A stretch of DNA of 64,000 nucleotides, taken from an uncultured Spirochaetota bacterium (GTDB taxonomy: Bacteria; Spirochaetota; Brevinematia; Brevinematales; JAOACQ01). This document shows, one piece after another, positions 11,479 to 21,685 of this stretch. Made by a program: the position numbers and the translations under genes. The notes under the pieces are model-generated. The model was not told the DNA's origin and made no database searches. It saw nothing but the letters and a program-made list of their open reading frames with translations. The stretch lies in assembly GCA_963835575.1 (NCBI GenBank), contig CAWIGG010000002.1, forward strand, positions 288,001 through 352,000, given 5' to 3'. The stretch's first letter is position 1, and the number at the start of each line of letters is the position of its first letter.

Positions 11479-13557
11479 CTACTTCGCTTCTGCAATAGAA
11501 ATCCTCTTCTTCTCATCTATGTCTATGACTCTTGTTTTGACAACATCGCCTAACTTATAAGCTTCTCTCGGATTTTTCCGTTCCAGGAAGTTGGATTTAT
11601 GGATAAGCCCGGTCTGTCCGGGTACCAGTTCAACAAAAATCCCGTAGTCTTCAATACGGGTTACATGCCCTTCCACAACTTCGCCTTTCGCGAAACCGTT
11701 GACAATATGCTCGACAATATAAACAGCCCTGCTGATCCTGCTTTCATCCTTGGAAGAGATCATTACCTTGCCGTTATCCTCGATGTTTATAGTAACTTCC
11801 GTTTCAGCCATAATCTTCTTAATGACCCGGCCGCCGCCTCCGATTACAGAACCTATCTCGTTTTCAGGTATTGTTATGGTTTTGATCTTGGGGGCATTTT
11901 CCGAGAGGACCGGACGCGGGCTTGAAATCGCTTCATTCATTTTGGAAAGAATAAATTCCTTCCCTTCCCAGGCCTGTCCAAGGGCCTTTTCCATTATTTC
12001 AAACGAAATGCCGATTGTTTTGACATCCATTTGAAATGCTGTAACCCCGGCGGAAGTGCCGGCGACTTTAAAATCCATATCCCCGTAATGGTCTTCGACG
12101 CCCTGGATATCTGAAAGGACCTGATATTTCCCGCTTTCCTTATCCCATACCAATCCCATGGCAATACCCGCTATGGCCTTTTTCAGCGGAACGCCGGTAG
12201 CCATCAGGGCAAGGCTTGAACTGCATACTGTCGCCATTGAAGAGGAGCCGTTGGATTCGAGAATTTCTGAAACAAGCCGTATAGTATACGGGAACTCGTC
12301 CTCATTCGGCAGCATAGTCTCGATCGCCCTTTTAGCCAGATTCCCATGACCGATTTCCCTGCGGGAGGTCATTAGGGATTTTTTTACTTCTCCGGTGCTG
12401 AACGGCGGAAAATTGTAATGCAGCATAAAGCGCTTGGCTTCATCATCTTCCAGTCCGTCAACATACTGCACATCGCTTGAAGAACCCAGCGTGACTATGC
12501 CGAGGCTCTGTGTCTGGCCCCGCGTAAAAAGGGCAGAACCATGAACATTTTCCAGTATATCGAGATCAATTGTGATCGGCCGGATTTCTTCGGGTTTACG
12601 CCCGTCAGGCCTCAATCCTTTCTCAAGAATCTGGTTCCTGATTATAGCCACTTCGATTTCTTCAAGATACTTTCCGGCTTCTTTATAGCATTCGCTTTCT
12701 TTATTTATTTCGAATTTCTCCAGAACCGCTTCAAAGGCTTTATCAATGTTTTTAGACCTTTCTTTCTTATTTGGATTGACGCTCGCGTCTTTGATCAGAT
12801 TAAACCCGAACTCTTTCATTTTCTTTTTCGTATCTTCGTCGATAAGGCATTTGATTTCGTCCAGAGGGACTTTTTGAGGATTAACCTTTTTAACAAGCTC
12901 TTCAATCATCTCAATTTCTTCGTTGATATGCTTCTGGGCAATTTCAAGGGCCTGCAGAAGAATGGCTTTATCCACCTCTTTGGCCCCGCCTTCCACCATT
13001 GTTATGCCTTCCTTTGTGCCTGCCGCCACAATATCAAGTTCGGAAGCGTCTACATCAGCGATCGAAGGATTGACAATAAATTTACCTTCTTTATATATAA
13101 CACGTACGCCGCCGACAGGTCCCAGAAATGGTATGGGCGAAATTGCCAGCGCGGCCGAAGCGCCTATGATACCAAGCATGTCGGTCGAATACATCTGGTC
13201 CGCTGAAAGCGTTGTAGCGATAATCTGCACTTCATTAAAGAAATTTTTGGGGAAAAGCGGCCTGATCGGGCGGTCGATCAAACGGGAAACCAGGACCTCT
13301 TTTTCGCTTGGTCTTCCTTCCCGCTTAATATATCCGCCGGGAATTTTCCCGGCCGCGTAATATTTTTCGACATAATTAACAGTGAGCGGAAAAAAATCAA
13401 TGCCTTCCGGGCATTCTTTCGACATACAGGCTGAAACAAGCACGGCATTGCCGCCGTATTTGACAACAACAGCCCCGTCGGCCAGTTTGGCCATTTTCCC
13501 GGTCTCAATTATAATTTCTTTATCTCCGATCTTCCTGCTCACATTAATAAAACTCAT
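11479..13557 (-). CDS. pnp: Polyribonucleotide nucleotidyltransferase
   Basis: DFFPLTV, RLIDRPIRP, HGSALFTRGQTQ, RREIGHG, ESNGSSSMA, GDMDFKVAG, KH and S1 domains. Confidence 0.97.
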   Translation of the reverse strand: MSFINVSRKIGDKEIIIETGKMAKLADGAVVVKYGGNAVLVSACMSKECPEGIDFFPLTVNYVEKYYAAGKIPGGYIKREGRPSEKEVLVSRLIDRPIRPLFPKNFFNEVQIIATTLSADQMYSTDMLGIIGASAALAISPIPFLGPVGGVRVIYKEGKFIVNPSIADVDASELDIVAAGTKEGITMVEGGAKEVDKAILLQALEIAQKHINEEIEMIEELVKKVNPQKVPLDEIKCLIDEDTKKKMKEFGFNLIKDASVNPNKKERSKNIDKAFEAVLEKFEINKESECYKEAGKYLEEIEVAIIRNQILEKGLRPDGRKPEEIRPITIDLDILENVHGSALFTRGQTQSLGIVTLGSSSDVQYVDGLEDDEAKRFMLHYNFPPFSTGEVKKSLMTSRREIGHGNLAKRAIETMLPNEDEFPYTIRLVSEILESNGSSSMATVCSSSLALMATGVPLKKAIAGIAMGLVWDKESGKYQVLSDIQGVEDHYGDMDFKVAGTSAGVTAFQMDVKTIGISFEIMEKALGQAWEGKEFILSKMNEAISSPRPVLSENAPKIKTITIPENEIGSVIGGGGRVIKKIMAETEVTINIEDNGKVMISSKDESRISRAVYIVEHIVNGFAKGEVVEGHVTRIEDYGIFVELVPGQTGLIHKSNFLERKNPREAYKLGDVVKTRVIDIDEKKRISIAEAK

Positions 13558-13607
13558 ACTATCTCCTTTCCTTCTTTTACTTATTGGTTAAATAGCGATG
13601 AGGGAAA

Positions 13608-13874
13608 CTATTTTAACTTTAGTTTTGTTAAAACTGTGTGGTAGATTTCCGGATTGGTCGCCTGGAGATAGCGCATAAGCCTTTTTCTCCTTCCAATCAG
13701 ACGGAGCAAACCTCTTTTGGAATTATTGTCTTTCTTAAACTGCTTAAAATGCTCGGTTAAGTTGTTGATTTTCTGCGTGATCACAGCGATCTGGACTTCT
13801 GCTGATCCCGTATCTTTTTCATGTTTCGCGAACTTACCCATCATTGTCTTCTTTTCAGTACTGGTAATAGGCAT
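13608..13874 (-). CDS. rpsO: 30S ribosomal protein S15
   Basis: DTGSAEVQIA, HFKQFKKDNNSKRGLLRLIGRRKRL; GGAGG RBS before ATG at 13874. Confidence 0.96.
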   Translation of the reverse strand: MPITSTEKKTMMGKFAKHEKDTGSAEVQIAVITQKINNLTEHFKQFKKDNNSKRGLLRLIGRRKRLMRYLQATNPEIYHTVLTKLKLK

Positions 13875-13960
13875 AACTTTTTCCTCCAAAAAGTATATTC
13901 TAAAATGAAGCCGGTTTCTCTGCCGCGCCTTCAGTGCGGAATGGAAATAATGGCTTTAAA

Positions 13961-14929
13961 TTACATAAATAAACCCGTATCCGGGAAATCAGGCTTTTTT
14001 TTATACTCCTGATATAACTCTAAAACCTGCCGTCTATCATTATAAAGGTTTTTTTCTAATTCTTCAAGATTATTGAATTTTTTTTCATTCCGGATCTTTT
14101 TTATAAAAAGCACCGTTTGTTTTTCGCCTGTCTTGATTTCGCCGTAATCCCCGTCAAAATCGAGTATATTGGTTTCATTCCGCATTTCATGATGCGTCAT
14201 TGTCGGGCGGTTTCCTATGTATGACATGGAAGGATATAATTTCTTTTTAAAATAAAAAAGAGAGAAATATACGCCGATCTGCGGAAGGACCTGCTGGTTG
14301 ATTTCAATATTGATTGTAGGAAAACCGATTTTTTTCCCTGCGCCGTCGCCGGCGATTTTATTTGAGACAATAAAATACGGTCTGCCCAGCATAGCTTGGG
14401 CCGCTTCCAGATCGCCGTGCTTGATTTTCTCCCTGATTGAGCTTGAGCTGATGGTCGAAAAATGGTATTTCATTTTCTCCATGACATTCAGGATAAAGGT
14501 TTTGTCTGAAGCATGTCTCTGAAGAGTGTGGATATTGCCGGAGTTTCCTTTGCCGAATTTAAAATCATAGCCGACATAAAAATGGACTTTTTTTATTTTA
14601 TTCTTCAGAACTCTTATGAAATCAATCGAATCCAGGTCTGCTATCTCCTCAAAACGGAGGGATATGATATTCTGAATTCCCATTAAAGACAGCGCTTTTT
14701 GTTTATAATCTTCAGGGAACAGGTAGCCTTTAAATTCATGGGGATTTATATAAAGGGATGTGGCTTCTTCAAAGGTCATGGCAATTGTGGGTTTTTTACC
14801 GGCGTCGCTCTGCATGGCGGTAATAATTCTCTGATGGCCCCGGTGGAGGCCGTCAAAGTTGCCGACAGTAACATAAGCCTCTTCAAAGACGGGAATAGAA
14901 TCCAGATTATGATAAAAATGTATGCTCAT
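13961..14929 (-). CDS. ribF: Riboflavin kinase / FAD synthetase
   Basis: GNFDGLHRGHQ, VGYDFKFG, ISSSSIR, GFPTIN, GNRPT, IRNEKKF. Confidence 0.92.
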   Translation of the reverse strand: MSIHFYHNLDSIPVFEEAYVTVGNFDGLHRGHQRIITAMQSDAGKKPTIAMTFEEATSLYINPHEFKGYLFPEDYKQKALSLMGIQNIISLRFEEIADLDSIDFIRVLKNKIKKVHFYVGYDFKFGKGNSGNIHTLQRHASDKTFILNVMEKMKYHFSTISSSSIREKIKHGDLEAAQAMLGRPYFIVSNKIAGDGAGKKIGFPTINIEINQQVLPQIGVYFSLFYFKKKLYPSMSYIGNRPTMTHHEMRNETNILDFDGDYGEIKTGEKQTVLFIKKIRNEKKFNNLEELEKNLYNDRRQVLELYQEYKKKPDFPDTGLFM

Positions 14930-16485
14930 CGCTTTAAATCCATTCTAAATATTCTTGTTAAAATATAATAAAAAGTGCCGAAGAGAGCAAACTCAAGCGC
15001 GGCAATGCAAAGTGCCGGAAGCGCGTTCTGAACGCCCAGATAGATAAACCGGTGCAGAGGGTAAACCGCCCCGCAGGCAATGAGCGAGAGAACAATCAAG
15101 ACGGCTGTTTTTGTAAAAAGGCCCGAATTTTTTATATTGATCTTGCCCGATTTTTTCAGTTTAAAGACATAGTACAGCAGCATCATCCAGCTGGCGATCA
15201 TATCCGCCGCGAATACTCCGTAAAACGCGATCCCGGGCAGGAAAGAGCTGAAATAGAGGCCGAAGCTCATGACGAAGATGATAATATTGGCCCTGAGAGG
15301 CGTTCCGGCGTCATGCAGAGAATAAAAAATCTTATCGAGAATGAGGGCGCATCCCATCGGCAGAAGAGCCAGCGCGTATATCCTGACGGCAGTATAAGTC
15401 TGGCGGAGGAATTCGTCGGTGAACTTTCCGGTATTTCCGGTTAAAAGCTTCGTGATATCGCGGAATACGGTATTAGCGACGGTATCGGGAAAAACGATAA
15501 AGAAAAAAGCGAATGGTATCATCAGGTACAGTATCATATAGAAGCCTTCAATGATCGAACGGTTGAACTTTTCCATGTCGCCTTCCGCATGGAACCTTGA
15601 AAGAAGCGGCATCATAACGCTTCCGATTGCCGTGCCGACAATGCCGAGAGGGGCCTGGATGATCAGAAAAGCGTTCATATAAATCATGGCGCTTCCGAGG
15701 TAAAGAGAAAGAAAAATCGAATTCGCGTAATATTTAACCGTTACGACGATCATATTGACCGCCGTCGGGAAGTAAAGCTTGAAAAATTCCTTCAGATTTT
15801 TGTCTTTGAAGTCAAGGACGAAACTGTACTTAAATCCGATCTGTCTGAGTTCGAAAAGCTGTGTCAGGACCATAAAGACTGCTCCGGCGATGACAGCTAT
15901 GCCCAGGGAATAAATCCCAAGGTTCTTATAGAATAAAAGCGGTATGACCATAAAGGCCAGGTTTGATACGACCGGGGCAAACGCGGATGCCGTGAATTTC
16001 TTATGTGAATTGAGAATGCCCATGATCATCGCGTAAAAGGATATGAAAATGAGATAGGGCATCATGATCATTGTCAGGAAGATGTTCTGCGTCAATTGAG
16101 GACTGCCTTTCTTGTAGCCGGGGACAAGAAGCGGCGCGTACAGGGGAGCTAAAAGCATTCCCAGAACGACTATGGCCAGATTGATGAGAAAAAAGATGTT
16201 CATGACATTGCTGGCGAACCGGAAAGCCTCCTTTTTCCCTGAGGCGTCGCCGCCGGCATGAAGCTTTTTCTGAAAAGAGGGAATGAATGCGGATGTCAGG
16301 GCCCCGCCGTCGCCGACATAGCGCCAGAATGAGTTGACAAAACGGAATGCCATTAAAAACGGGTCCTGCCCGGCCCCGAAAAGAAAATTGGAAACATTCT
16401 GTTTCAGGACGCCTGTTAAGCGGGAAAAGAAAGCTCCAAGGGAATTGATCATTGTATGCCGGTAGGAAACAAGCCTTTTTGCCAT
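14926..16485 (-). CDS. murJ: Lipid II flippase
   Basis: SRLTG, F..AFRFVN, GGALTSAFIP, QAPLGIVG, FYSLHDAGTP; polytopic membrane protein. Confidence 0.85.
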   Translation of the reverse strand: MAKRLVSYRHTMINSLGAFFSRLTGVLKQNVSNFLFGAGQDPFLMAFRFVNSFWRYVGDGGALTSAFIPSFQKKLHAGGDASGKKEAFRFASNVMNIFFLINLAIVVLGMLLAPLYAPLLVPGYKKGSPQLTQNIFLTMIMMPYLIFISFYAMIMGILNSHKKFTASAFAPVVSNLAFMVIPLLFYKNLGIYSLGIAVIAGAVFMVLTQLFELRQIGFKYSFVLDFKDKNLKEFFKLYFPTAVNMIVVTVKYYANSIFLSLYLGSAMIYMNAFLIIQAPLGIVGTAIGSVMMPLLSRFHAEGDMEKFNRSIIEGFYMILYLMIPFAFFFIVFPDTVANTVFRDITKLLTGNTGKFTDEFLRQTYTAVRIYALALLPMGCALILDKIFYSLHDAGTPLRANIIIFVMSFGLYFSSFLPGIAFYGVFAADMIASWMMLLYYVFKLKKSGKINIKNSGLFTKTAVLIVLSLIACGAVYPLHRFIYLGVQNALPALCIAALEFALFGTFYYILTRIFRMDLKR

Positions 16486-16490
16486 AAATA

Positions 16491-17369
16491 TTATTTAAGA
16501 AGCCCTTTGGTCTTGAGGGTGTTTTTCAATTTATCCTCGTTTTCCTTTTTCATCGGACAGAGGGGCAGCCTGAATTCGAGACATCCGATAAGTCCCATGA
16601 GGTAAGCCGCTGTTTTAACGGGAATGGGGTTTGTCTCAATAAACATGGCGCGGTGCAGGGCCATTAATCCGATATGGATATTTTTCGCTTTTTCCAGGTC
16701 TCCGCTTTCATAACTTCTAAAGAGATTGCTGAGGAGGATCGGGGCAATGTTTGCCGTAACGGAAATAGCGCCGACGCTTCCTATCGACAGAAGAGGCAGA
16801 TTGACAAAATCGTCTCCTGAAAGAAGGAGAAAGCCGGATTTGACATTTTCCATCACTTCGGCGGCCTGCTGAAGGCTTCCAGTGGCTTCCTTAATGCCGA
16901 TGATCTCTTTGATCTGCGAAAGCCTGCCGACGGTTTCCGGGAGCAAATTAACGCCGGTCCGGCCCGGTACATTATAAAGAATCATTGGTAATTCCACGGC
17001 ATCGGCAATCGCTTTGAAATGCTGATAAAGGCCTTCCTGTGTGGGCTTGTTGTAATAGGGCGTGATGGAAAGATGGGCATCGGCCCCGGCCTTTTTAGCG
17101 CCTTCGGCGAGCTCGACGGCCTCGCTTGTCGAGTTCGAGCCGGTACCCGCGATGACCCTGATACGGCCCTTCACTTTCTTCACAACAAAATTAATCACAT
17201 CCACATGTTCTTTATGGGTCAATGTCGCGGATTCGCCCGTTGTACCGCAGGGTACGATCCCGCTGGTCCCGTTTTTTATATGGTATTCGATCAGCTTTTC
17301 CAGGCTGTCATAATCAACTTCCCCGTTTTTAAACGGCGTAATTATAGCTACTATTGAGCCCTTGACCAT
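16491..17369 (-). CDS. dapA: 4-hydroxy-tetrahydrodipicolinate synthase
   Basis: GTTGESATL, PYYNKPTQEG, YNVPGRTG, GIKEA, ETNPIPVK. Confidence 0.96.
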   Translation of the reverse strand: MVKGSIVAIITPFKNGEVDYDSLEKLIEYHIKNGTSGIVPCGTTGESATLTHKEHVDVINFVVKKVKGRIRVIAGTGSNSTSEAVELAEGAKKAGADAHLSITPYYNKPTQEGLYQHFKAIADAVELPMILYNVPGRTGVNLLPETVGRLSQIKEIIGIKEATGSLQQAAEVMENVKSGFLLLSGDDFVNLPLLSIGSVGAISVTANIAPILLSNLFRSYESGDLEKAKNIHIGLMALHRAMFIETNPIPVKTAAYLMGLIGCLEFRLPLCPMKKENEDKLKNTLKTKGLLK

Positions 17370-17450
17370 ATGGTCCTCCGGTTTTTTATTGAGTATAAGA
17401 TAATAAAATTAGCTGAAGGATTAGTCAAATTATCAATAGAGACTGTTTAA

Positions 17451-17493
17451 AAGAAAAAGCGCTTCCAAAAAAAAGTATTTTCGGGAAGCGCTT
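17451..17493 (-). terminator. Intrinsic terminator downstream of the OMP gene
   Basis: AAGCGCTTCC/GGAAGCGCTT stem followed by a T-run on the minus strand. Confidence 0.6.
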
Positions 17494-17517
17494 ATATTTG
17501 TTTGAAGATAGAAAAAC

Positions 17518-18144
17518 CTAGAAAGTTAAGCCGACGCCAACTCTAAAATTAATCTGGGAAAATAGTATTATGTCGGCAAATGCATTGCTGTATCCGCCGA
17601 GTAGTCCGAAATCCCCGAATGGCAGATAAAAAGCAAGTCCGGCATCAATTGAGAATAATTCACTCAGCTTGAAATTTAAGCCTATACCGACTTTACCGAT
17701 AAAGGCCGGTGAAGGTGCTGAAAAATTAGTGAACGCTGAATTTATAGAAGTACTGGCGTTGATGAAAGCCATTCCCAGACCAAGATCGGTATAAAAGACA
17801 CTTGTATTAAAGACAACATCTGCTGTTAAAGGTATGAAATTGATTGAAAAGCTGTCTCCTCCGGCAGAAGCCGAGAATGCCGGCAGATAAGCCGCTTCTA
17901 TCCCGAATTGAATGCCTCTTCTGTTCCCGAACAAAAAATCACCGCCGAAAGAAAATCCTCCTGTACTGATATTTGTTACTGCTCCGAGCTTTAATGCTGA
18001 TGCAAGAACCCAGAAGTTATAACCGCCGTATAGTTTTACAGTTATAAACGAATTAGTTTCCGAAGATTCGGCTGAATCGGCAAACGAAGAAGAGAAAAAA
18101 GCAGTCAGCAGGAACAGGACCAAAATGATTGAAAGCTTTTTCAT
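17518..18144 (-). CDS. Outer-membrane beta-barrel protein, paralog 1
   Basis: Signal peptide, alternating amphipathic strands, C-terminal GVGLTF. Confidence 0.75.
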   Translation of the reverse strand: MKKLSIILVLFLLTAFFSSSFADSAESSETNSFITVKLYGGYNFWVLASALKLGAVTNISTGGFSFGGDFLFGNRRGIQFGIEAAYLPAFSASAGGDSFSINFIPLTADVVFNTSVFYTDLGLGMAFINASTSINSAFTNFSAPSPAFIGKVGIGLNFKLSELFSIDAGLAFYLPFGDFGLLGGYSNAFADIILFSQINFRVGVGLTF

Positions 18145-18334
18145 AATATAACCCTCCTTATAATATAAACAAGAAACATCTTTCGTCCCTTTTTAATATA
18201 CATTCATATTAATGGAATATCAATTTTTGTCAATTAACATGGTGTTTGAAACATTAACAAATATTCATAAAAGAAGGCTTTCTCATTAACAGGTAAATCC
18301 GGCCCCGGATGTTTTGTTATTTCTCAATAAAATA

Positions 18335-18958
18335 TTATAGGTAGAAGCAGATGCCCAGCCTTATATTTAACTGGCAAAATAGTATCATATTGAGGTATGC
18401 ACTGGTGCGGCCACCCAGCAAACCGAAATCCCCGAATGGCAGATAAAAGCTCAGTCCGGTATCAATACCAAAAAAATCGCTGAGCTTGAAATTCAAACCT
18501 AAGCCGATTTTAAAAAAAACAGACGGCTTGGGAGCGGTAAAATTTGTATATATAGAATTTACAGTAGTGCTGGCGTCGAGGAAAGCCATGCCGATGCCGA
18601 TATCGGTGTAAAAGATTCTCCTGTTAAAAACAATGTCGGCTGAAACCGGTATGAGGGTAATTGCTGAAGGGTTGCCTGAAATTAAGGCGCTGAATATCGG
18701 AAGATAAGTCCCTTCAATTCCAAATTGAAATGAGTACAGATCTCCAAATAATAAATCCCCGCCGAAAGATAAACCTGCCAAATTAATATCTTTTATTTCT
18801 TGGGATGTGAGGCCGTAAGGGCTGGAAGCAAAAAACCACATATTATAACCGCCGTATAGCTTGACAGTAAAGGCATACTCATCATTTGTTTCAGAAAATG
18901 AATAAGAAATAAGAGCCGTTAATAACCCCACAATTAGAAAAATCGATTTTCTTATCAT
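18335..18958 (-). CDS. Outer-membrane beta-barrel protein, paralog 2
   Basis: Shares TVKLYGGYN, SFGGD.LFG, QFGIE, FYTD.G.GMAF, GLNFKLS, FYLPFGDFGLLGG with paralog 1. Confidence 0.75.
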   Translation of the reverse strand: MIRKSIFLIVGLLTALISYSFSETNDEYAFTVKLYGGYNMWFFASSPYGLTSQEIKDINLAGLSFGGDLLFGDLYSFQFGIEGTYLPIFSALISGNPSAITLIPVSADIVFNRRIFYTDIGIGMAFLDASTTVNSIYTNFTAPKPSVFFKIGLGLNFKLSDFFGIDTGLSFYLPFGDFGLLGGRTSAYLNMILFCQLNIRLGICFYL

Positions 18959-19055
18959 AAATTTAAAAAGCTCCTTAAAATAATATTTCTAAATATAATA
19001 CGATTGAGAAGGTTTGTTTTTGATAAAATAATTAAAAATTATTAACAATCATTGC

Positions 19056-19461
19056 TGTCCAAATAAGAATTAATAAAAAAAGGAATTAGTAATTTGTAAG
19101 CTTTAAAACTTTTCAAAAAGCTTTATGTATAGACCCCAATTTCTCCCGGATTGACACGGAAGAAGCGGATTATCGCGGAGTAGAAAGAATTAATCGCTTT
19201 ATGATCAATACAATCCGCGTAAATCCGCAAAACCTGTGCTGAGCCAGCCGAAGCATTCCGTTTTATCCGCGTGCCATTGGGGTAAGTTTATATAGCACAC
19301 TTAAAACTATATTTTAGTCTGAATTATTTAAGCATCGTAATTATTATTAAAAATTAATTCATGCTGTCCAAATTACGAATTCAAATCTCAATTTTTTAAT
19401 TAGCATATATTTTCATTATTATTAATGAATTATCAATATTTTTATTAATCTTATTTGGACA
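19056..19461. repeat. Nested inverted-repeat (MITE/REP-like) structure in the OMP-lysA intergenic region
   Basis: TGTCCAAATAAGAATTAATAAAAA (19056-19079) matches the reverse complement of 19439-19461 with one indel; internal partial copy at 19362-19381; encloses a GC-rich hairpin at 19133-19283. Confidence 0.7.
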
Positions 19462-19558
19462 AAAGTGATTCTTCATCTAAATTTAAGTATATATTTGTAT
19501 CAATAAAACATCAATTTTTTCAATAACCAGGATGTTTGAACCTGGAGCGTTAAAAGTC

Positions 19559-19587
19559 TTGACAGAATATTCGGGATTGAATAAAAT
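19559..19587 (+). promoter_or_regulatory. Putative sigma70 promoter of lysA
   Basis: TTGACA-17 nt-TAAAAT. Confidence 0.7.
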
Positions 19588-19615
19588 AATGTCTTAAAAC
19601 TCAGGGGGATAAGGT

Positions 19616-20878
19616 ATGCGGGCTTATGAAGTAAAACAGAATGAAATCACAATCGGCGGCATTACGGCAAAGGAGCTGGTCCGGGAATTCGGCAGTCCGC
19701 TCTATGTTTATAATGAAGCGGTCATAAAAAATAGATACGAAAAGCTTTTCGAATCGGTCAACTATGAAAAGAAACGGATCCATTACGCGATGAAAGCGAA
19801 TAATAACCTCAGGGTCCTTCAGATACTGGAAAAAGAAGGCGCCTCTATAGACGCTGTTTCAAAAGAAGAGGTGATGCTCGCGCTTAAAGCGAATTATTCC
19901 CCTCAAAAGATCCTTTTCACCGGAATCAATTTAAAAGATGAAGACATGGATTTCGCCCTAAAGAACGGAATACTTGTCAACATTGGTTCCCTTGCCGGCT
20001 TAAAAAAATACGGCGAAAAATACCCCGGTACGTCCGTATCTATACGCATCAATCCTGACATGGGCGCGGGCCATCATGACCACTGCGTGACGGGCGGCAG
20101 GGAGAGCAAATTCGGTATTTTTTATACCGCGAAAGGCAAATCGGATCTGGATGAAGTGCCTGAAATATTGAAAAAATATAAACTCAGGCTGACAGGGATC
20201 CATGCGCATATAGGTTCCGGCATTCTGGAAGAAAAAAAATATGTCCAGCTGATGCAGATCATACTGAATATCGCGAAAAGGTTCCCTAATCTTGAGTTTA
20301 TTGATATCGGAGGCGGCATCGGCGTGCCATACCGCCCTGAGGAAAAGGACTTTAATTTAAAAACTTTCGGAAAGCATGTTGATGAGATGATGAAGGAATT
20401 CACTGTCAGTTACGGCAGTTCTCCTTTTTTAGCCATAGAGCCGGGAAGGTTTCTGGTCGCGGAATCCGGCATTCTGCTCTGTACTGTGATGGAGATTAAA
20501 AAAACGCCGTTGTTTCAGTTTGCCGGCGTGGATACCGGCTTTAATCATCTACTCAGGCCGATGGCCTACGGCAGCTACCACCCGGTGCTGAACGCTTCTC
20601 GGTTTGAGGGCGAAAAAGAGGATTTTGCCGTCAGCGGCTATCTCTGCGAAAGCGGCGATGTTTTTACACGCAGCGAAGAGGGGATAGAGCCTCAGCTGAT
20701 TGTCAGGCCGGAAGCAGGGGATATACTGGCCGTATTGAATACGGGCGCATACGGTTTTTCAATGGCTTCCAATTATAACGCGCGCCCTCGTCCGGCGGAA
20801 GTCCTTGCTACAAACGGCGAGGCGAGGCTTGTCAGAAAGAGGGAAAGTTTCGAGGATCTGATCAGAACGCAGGTATAA
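19616..20878 (+). CDS. lysA: Diaminopimelate decarboxylase
   Basis: YAMKAN, RINPD, SKFG, HAHIGS, DIGGG, EPGRFLV, GYLCESGD, GAYGFSMASNYN. Confidence 0.95.
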   Translation: MRAYEVKQNEITIGGITAKELVREFGSPLYVYNEAVIKNRYEKLFESVNYEKKRIHYAMKANNNLRVLQILEKEGASIDAVSKEEVMLALKANYSPQKILFTGINLKDEDMDFALKNGILVNIGSLAGLKKYGEKYPGTSVSIRINPDMGAGHHDHCVTGGRESKFGIFYTAKGKSDLDEVPEILKKYKLRLTGIHAHIGSGILEEKKYVQLMQIILNIAKRFPNLEFIDIGGGIGVPYRPEEKDFNLKTFGKHVDEMMKEFTVSYGSSPFLAIEPGRFLVAESGILLCTVMEIKKTPLFQFAGVDTGFNHLLRPMAYGSYHPVLNASRFEGEKEDFAVSGYLCESGDVFTRSEEGIEPQLIVRPEAGDILAVLNTGAYGFSMASNYNARPRPAEVLATNGEARLVRKRESFEDLIRTQV

Positions 20879-20888
20879 TAGACTTATG

Positions 20889-20926
20889 GGCAGTTCCAAA
20901 AACATCAGGTTTTTGGAACTGCCTTT
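20889..20926 (+). terminator. Intrinsic terminator / palindromic repeat after lysA
   Basis: Perfect stem GGCAGTTCCAAAAAC-atcag-GTTTTTGGAACTGCC plus TTT; degenerate copy at 24571-24604. Confidence 0.75.
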
Positions 20927-20993
20927 ATTACCTTTCAATCAGTATTCACTTTAATTTTCAAAAAACTTTTTTTAAAAAAAACTTGAAAAATAT

Positions 20994-21053
20994 TTGCAAA
21001 ACGACAAGTGTAGTATTATAATATTACTGAGTGATATTATAGAGTAATATTAC
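20994..21053 (+). promoter_or_regulatory. fapR promoter with overlapping palindromic candidate operator
   Basis: TTGCAA-17 nt-TATAAT (20994-21022); palindrome TATAATATTAC-tga-GTGATATTATA (21017-21041); further half-site GTAATATTA at 21044-21052. Confidence 0.6.
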
Positions 21054-21064
21054 GGGGTTGTAAG

Positions 21065-21685
21065 ATGAATAAGGTTCCGCAGTCAGTTCAGGACCGGTAT
21101 AACCATATCCGTGAAGAACTGGATAAAAATCCGTTCATCCTGGATGAGGAACTGGCCAATATCTTAAACGTCAGTATCCATACGATAAGGGCGGACCGGC
21201 GGAAGATCGGTATTCCGGAAGTCCGGCGCAGGGGTAAAGATACAACAGATACTATGTTTGCTCAGGCCAGGACGCTCACACAGCATGAAATTGTCGGGGA
21301 TATCCTGGAGATTGACCTGGATAAAGAAGGGCTTTCCCTGCTTGATACGGATGAATCCATGGCCTTGAAAAAGTCAAGCATCATCCGCGGCCATATACTT
21401 TTTGCCCAGGCCAATACTTTGGCGAACGCGATTCTGGACGCGGAAGTGGCCCTGACGGCGGAATCTGTAGTGAAGTTTATAGAGCCTGTTCGCGCGAATG
21501 AAAGGGTTCTGGCCAAAGCCCATGTTGTTTCATCAAAAAAGCATAAAAAAGTAGTGCAGGTGATCATGAAAACAAAGAAGAAAGTGGTTTTTGAAGGAAC
21601 GTTTACTATCTATTGCATGGATGCTGAAATGGCGTCCCACCTTCGCTTATTAAATGATGAAGAAATTTATGGAGGAGATAAATGA
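21065..21685 (+). CDS. fapR: Fatty acid biosynthesis transcriptional regulator
   Basis: NPFILDEELA..NVSIHTIR.DR..GIPE HTH; hotdog domain IRGHILFAQANTLA; overlaps the fabH start. Confidence 0.88.
   Translation: MNKVPQSVQDRYNHIREELDKNPFILDEELANILNVSIHTIRADRRKIGIPEVRRRGKDTTDTMFAQARTLTQHEIVGDILEIDLDKEGLSLLDTDESMALKKSSIIRGHILFAQANTLANAILDAEVALTAESVVKFIEPVRANERVLAKAHVVSSKKHKKVVQVIMKTKKKVVFEGTFTIYCMDAEMASHLRLLNDEEIYGGDK

Noticed and set aside
12541..13206. 221-aa ORF antisense to pnp, and the many other short shadow ORFs
   Set aside because: They overlap well-supported genes on the opposite strand or frame and show no protein motifs
13890..13960. S15 autoregulatory leader upstream of rpsO
   Set aside because: The location is plausible and the stretch is GC-rich, but I could not match a defined structure by eye; needs an Rfam/Infernal search
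19133..19615. Possible lysine riboswitch upstream of lysA
   Set aside because: A strong promoter lies only ~28 nt before the ATG; the upstream structure is a repeat element without L-box motifs
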